Part shown: piece after piece, positions 58,178 to 64,000 of the stretch | How the letters are laid out: each line of letters opens with the position of its first letter | Numbering within the stretch: position 1 is the stretch's first letter | NCBI GenBank assembly: GCA_963712745.1 | Contig: CAVQJC010000004.1 | Span: 32,001 to 96,000, forward strand | From: an uncultured Chloroflexia bacterium | Lineage (GTDB): Bacteria > Chloroflexota > Limnocylindria > Limnocylindrales > CSP1-4 | Length of the DNA: 64,000 bases | Direction: 5' to 3' | Position numbers and translations under genes: made by a program | The notes under the pieces: generated by a model | Seen by the model: the letters and a program-made list of their open reading frames with translations, nothing else | Told to the model about the DNA's origin: nothing | Database searches by the model: none

Positions 58178-58468
58178 ATGAGCGACCCTCGAGTCGGCGG
58201 TACGTACCGATACACCCAGAACGCCCACGACCACGGCGGCATGGGACCGAACTGGGGCACCATGAGGGTCGAGAACGACGACGGTGCTTGGGAAGGACCC
58301 GTCAGCGGCTACTGGTACGGCAGCAACACGTACATGTCGGGCTGCCTCAAGGGCGAAGACGCCTACGAGGGCCTCTCGTACTGTCTCCGGGGCTCGACCG
58401 ATGGCGGGCCCAACTTCATCGAGTTCGACGGTCTCATCTACCAGGGGGACCCGCCACCGCTCCAGTAG
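58178..58468 (+). CDS. Small beta-rich hypothetical protein, probably 5'-truncated
   Basis: SDPRVGG..WGTMRVENDDGAWEG..GEDAYEGL..DGLIYQGDPPP; in-frame TAG at 58118. Confidence 0.55.
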   Translation: MSDPRVGGTYRYTQNAHDHGGMGPNWGTMRVENDDGAWEGPVSGYWYGSNTYMSGCLKGEDAYEGLSYCLRGSTDGGPNFIEFDGLIYQGDPPPLQ

Positions 58469-58482
58469 ACACCAGGAGCGTC

Positions 58483-58514
58483 GCGCCCGCGGGCCAGCCG
58501 CGGCCCGCGGGCGC
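58483..58514. terminator. GC-rich hairpin between convergent genes
   Basis: GCGCCCGCGGGCC-N6-GGCCCGCGGGCGC. Confidence 0.55.
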
Positions 58515-58519
58515 TCGGA

Positions 58520-59134
58520 CTACTCCAGCATGCCCTGCTCGACGATGAAGTCGGCCACCTTTCTCAACCCGTCGCCACCCTTGAGGTTGGTGAAGACGTA
58601 GGGCCGGTCCTGGCGCACGGCGATGGCATCGCGCTCCATGTTCATCAGCGATGCGCCCACCGCGGGGGCGAGGTCGCTCTTGTTGATGACCAGAAGGTCG
58701 CTCTCGGAGATGCCAGGGTTGCCGCGGCGGACGGCCTTCTCGCCGGCGGCGACATCGATGACATAGAGCACCAGATCGGTCAGCTCAGGGTCGAACGTGG
58801 AGCCGCCCAGGTCATCGCCACCCTCTACGAAGACGACCTCCAGGCCGGCGTGCCGGGCGATGAGCTCGTCGACCGCGGCCAGGTTCATGGCCGCGTCGTC
58901 GCCCACCGTCGTGTGTGGGCACGAACCGGCATCGAGCCCGATGATGCGATCGTCCGCCAGCAGGCCCGTTCTAGCGAGCATCCGGGCGTCCTCGTGCGCG
59001 TTGACGTCGTTGGTCACCACCGCCAGCTCGAAGCGATCCCGCAGCAGCTCACAGAGCGAAGCCACCAGCGTGGTCTTGCCCGAACCGACCGGTCCGCCGA
59101 TGCCGACACGCAGGGTGGGTCTGGAGTGAGTCAC
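58520..59134 (-). CDS. ureG: Urease accessory GTPase UreG
   Basis: [44 protein letters not shown]. Confidence 0.9.
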   Translation of the reverse strand: MTHSRPTLRVGIGGPVGSGKTTLVASLCELLRDRFELAVVTNDVNAHEDARMLARTGLLADDRIIGLDAGSCPHTTVGDDAAMNLAAVDELIARHAGLEVVFVEGGDDLGGSTFDPELTDLVLYVIDVAAGEKAVRRGNPGISESDLLVINKSDLAPAVGASLMNMERDAIAVRQDRPYVFTNLKGGDGLRKVADFIVEQGMLE

Positions 59135-59139
59135 GCCGG

Positions 59140-59583
59140 CTAGGAGGCGAGGTCATGATCACGGATGTGGTACTTCGTGCCGCGCTCGGGCTCGAACGGG
59201 ACCTCCTCTACGACGACTTCTGCCCCCAGCTTGCGCACGAGCTCGTCGATGGCTCGGTCGTGGCGATAGCGGATGAGGCCCGGCCCGACCTGGGTGCGTA
59301 CGTGCCGGTTGCCAAGGTGATAGGCCACGCGCGCGAGCAGCACTGCGTCCGGGGAGGCGATGGTGGAGACGTCTTCTGCCGCGGCTTCCACGGTGATGAC
59401 GGTCCCGTCCGAGACACGAAGCAGGCTGCCCTCGAGAAGGATCGTCCCCCGTGGCAGGAACAGACCGATGGGCCTGCCCTTCGCGGTGGTGGCTTTGAGG
59501 CGGCTCTTTCGGCGCTGCTCCCAGCTCAGCGGGAGCCGATCGATCGGCTCCCCGGCGGCGGTCAGCTCGTGGACCTCAAGCAT
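59140..59583 (-). CDS. ureE: Urease accessory Ni chaperone UreE
   Basis: [28 protein letters not shown]; GGAGGAGG before ATG 59583. Confidence 0.9.
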   Translation of the reverse strand: MLEVHELTAAGEPIDRLPLSWEQRRKSRLKATTAKGRPIGLFLPRGTILLEGSLLRVSDGTVITVEAAAEDVSTIASPDAVLLARVAYHLGNRHVRTQVGPGLIRYRHDRAIDELVRKLGAEVVVEEVPFEPERGTKYHIRDHDLAS

Positions 59584-59728
59584 CGTCTGCGGTTCCTCCT
59601 CCGGCGTCATCCGGTTCGACGGTAGCGGAGGCCTCGGTCCGAATGACGACGTAGGGCGGTGACCTTTGCGTTGCCCTTCTGTTGCGGGGTTCGAACCCAG
59701 CAAGCAAGCATGCTGGTATCCTGTCACA

Positions 59729-60001
59729 ATGAAGGTAACGGTGGATCTCGATGAGCAGCTCTATCGCGCGGTCAAGGTAGAGGCGGCCCGGAACGATCGC
59801 AGTGTGCGCGACCTCATCGCGGAAGCCATCGAGCGCTGGCTGGAGCACCGGGAGGACGAGGAGGACCTGCGCTCGGCGCAGGCCGCGCTCGAAGAGTATC
59901 GGCGCGATGGCGGGGAGTCCGCGGCGGTTGTCTACCGGCACCTGGCGGCGGAGGCACGGGCACGCTACGGCGCAGATGAGGAGGAGTCCTCGGAGGTGTG
60001 A
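59729..60001 (+). CDS. Ribbon-helix-helix antitoxin
   Basis: MKVTVDLDEQLYRAVKVEAA..SVRDLIAEAIE, acidic tail; GTGA overlap with the toxin. Confidence 0.82.
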   Translation: MKVTVDLDEQLYRAVKVEAARNDRSVRDLIAEAIERWLEHREDEEDLRSAQAALEEYRRDGGESAAVVYRHLAAEARARYGADEEESSEV

Positions 60002-60282
60002 ACGAAGCCGAGTCACACGTCGTCGAGTACTCAGCGGCAGCCGAACGCGAGCTCCGTCGACTACCGCCAGGCGACGCGGCGAGGACGCGTGGGCCAGTGT
60101 TGGCTCTCGGCCTCGAGCCACGACCATTTGGCGCCGTGCGAGTGCGGGGCACGGACTTCTGGCGCATCCGCGTAGGGCACCTGCGAGTGATATATGTCAT
60201 CGACGAGACGGAGCGTCGGGTCGTCGTCCTGCGTGTCGCCAGACGTTCGGAGTCGACCTACCGTCGCCTGCGCGACGAGTAG
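59998..60282 (+). CDS. RelE/ParE-family type II toxin
   Basis: AERELRRL, EPRP.G, WRIRVG.LRVIY.ID, VVVLRV.RR..TY. Confidence 0.9.
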   Translation: MNEAESHVVEYSAAAERELRRLPPGDAARTRGPVLALGLEPRPFGAVRVRGTDFWRIRVGHLRVIYVIDETERRVVVLRVARRSESTYRRLRDE

Positions 60283-60288
60283 GCTGAC

Positions 60289-60976
60289 CTACCAGCCAGC
60301 ACCCGGGATGGCGTAGCCGTTGGGGTACTCGGCGCTGACCTGATACTCGGCCACCCGCTCCGCGAGCTTGAGGCAGGCGATGCCGTCCTCCGCGAGCGGT
60401 CGGAGCTGGGCACCATGGGCGCGCTCTCGATGGTGCAGCGAGGTGTTGACGAATTTGCCCATCTCGAGATGCTTGGTGGCCTCGAACACGAGCTTGATGC
60501 CGCGCGTCTCCGCGTGCTCGCCCATGCGCCGGAGGGAATCGACCGCGACGGCAGTCGCGTCGTCGACGTTGTCAGGCGTGATGGGCGCATGGATAGCCGT
60601 GCGATGGTCACCGACAGGGCCCCCAGCTCGGCCGCGAAATCGATGGTCGACCTCGTCTCCAAGACGGCCAGCTCGGCCGTCTTGGGCTCGGTCAGAGTCT
60701 TGTAGTCGGGGGAGTAGGGGTCCCACATCTGGCCCCAGCACTCGTTGACATTGGAGACCTCGAGGTCGAAGTCCGCCTTCAGTTGCTGGTGTGTCGCGAG
60801 GTAGTCCTCCATCGAGACACCCAGGCCGTAGCGGCCCCTGGGCGGGCAGATCTCGCTGGCGTCATAGCCGCAGCGCTTCAGCCGCTCGGACGTGACATGG
60901 GGCGACTTGTAGGCCTCTTCCTGGCCGAACGTGAGCTGGAAGTAGCTGAACTTGAACGGTGCACGTGAACTCGACT
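60289..60976 (-). pseudogene. Sugar-phosphate isomerase/epimerase (xylose-isomerase-like TIM barrel) pseudogene
   Basis: GYDASEI, IDFAAELGA, GIKLVFEA; frameshift near 60601, most of the C-terminal half missing, no start codon after the RBS. Confidence 0.7.
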
Positions 60977-61086
60977 TGGGCCTCCCTCCTGGTCCGAGCA
61001 CAGACCGCTCGCATGGCCGGGACATCTCCCGGCAACCCTAGAACGGATGTGCTATTCACGCCCGATGGTGGTAGCATGCCGGTCCC

Positions 61087-64000
<2,914 letters not shown>

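Overview
High-GC bacterial chromosome segment. Gene content and the many leaderless starts suggest Chloroflexota or an actinobacteria-like lineage (inference). 1-34 kb is mostly core genes: DtxR-like regulator, aroF, BMP-type ABC transporter, pgm, rhomboid, MFS, META protein, tRNA-Lys(CTT), Ku, carAB with a tandem PyrR-type leader, Pnkp-like kinase, MscS, M16 peptidase pair, AcuC and a metallophosphoesterase. Several intact ORFs in this part lack their catalytic or ligand residues: a DNA-ligase-fold protein beside Ku, an SGNH lipoprotein, a PfkB-fold protein and the DtxR. The main discovery candidate is a ~23.5 kb catabolic island (34.4-57.9 kb) whose three promoter regions share a TCGAT-T-ATCGA operator motif. 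It encodes a Liv-type ABC importer, split transketolase, cupin, GntR, an HPr-kinase-like P-loop protein, a xanthine-dehydrogenase-family trimer, a cyclase, two Zn-dehydrogenases with a 491-bp identical 5' half, PFK, an MBL hydrolase and an SDR. It also carries two complementary incomplete PEP-utilizer proteins that may form a split His-relay phosphotransferase. The right end has orphan ureE-ureG, an RHH/RelE toxin-antitoxin pair, a decayed sugar epimerase and the start of lhr. Three isolated +1 frameshifts look like sequencing errors. No CRISPR array, IS element, integrase or rRNA was recognised.
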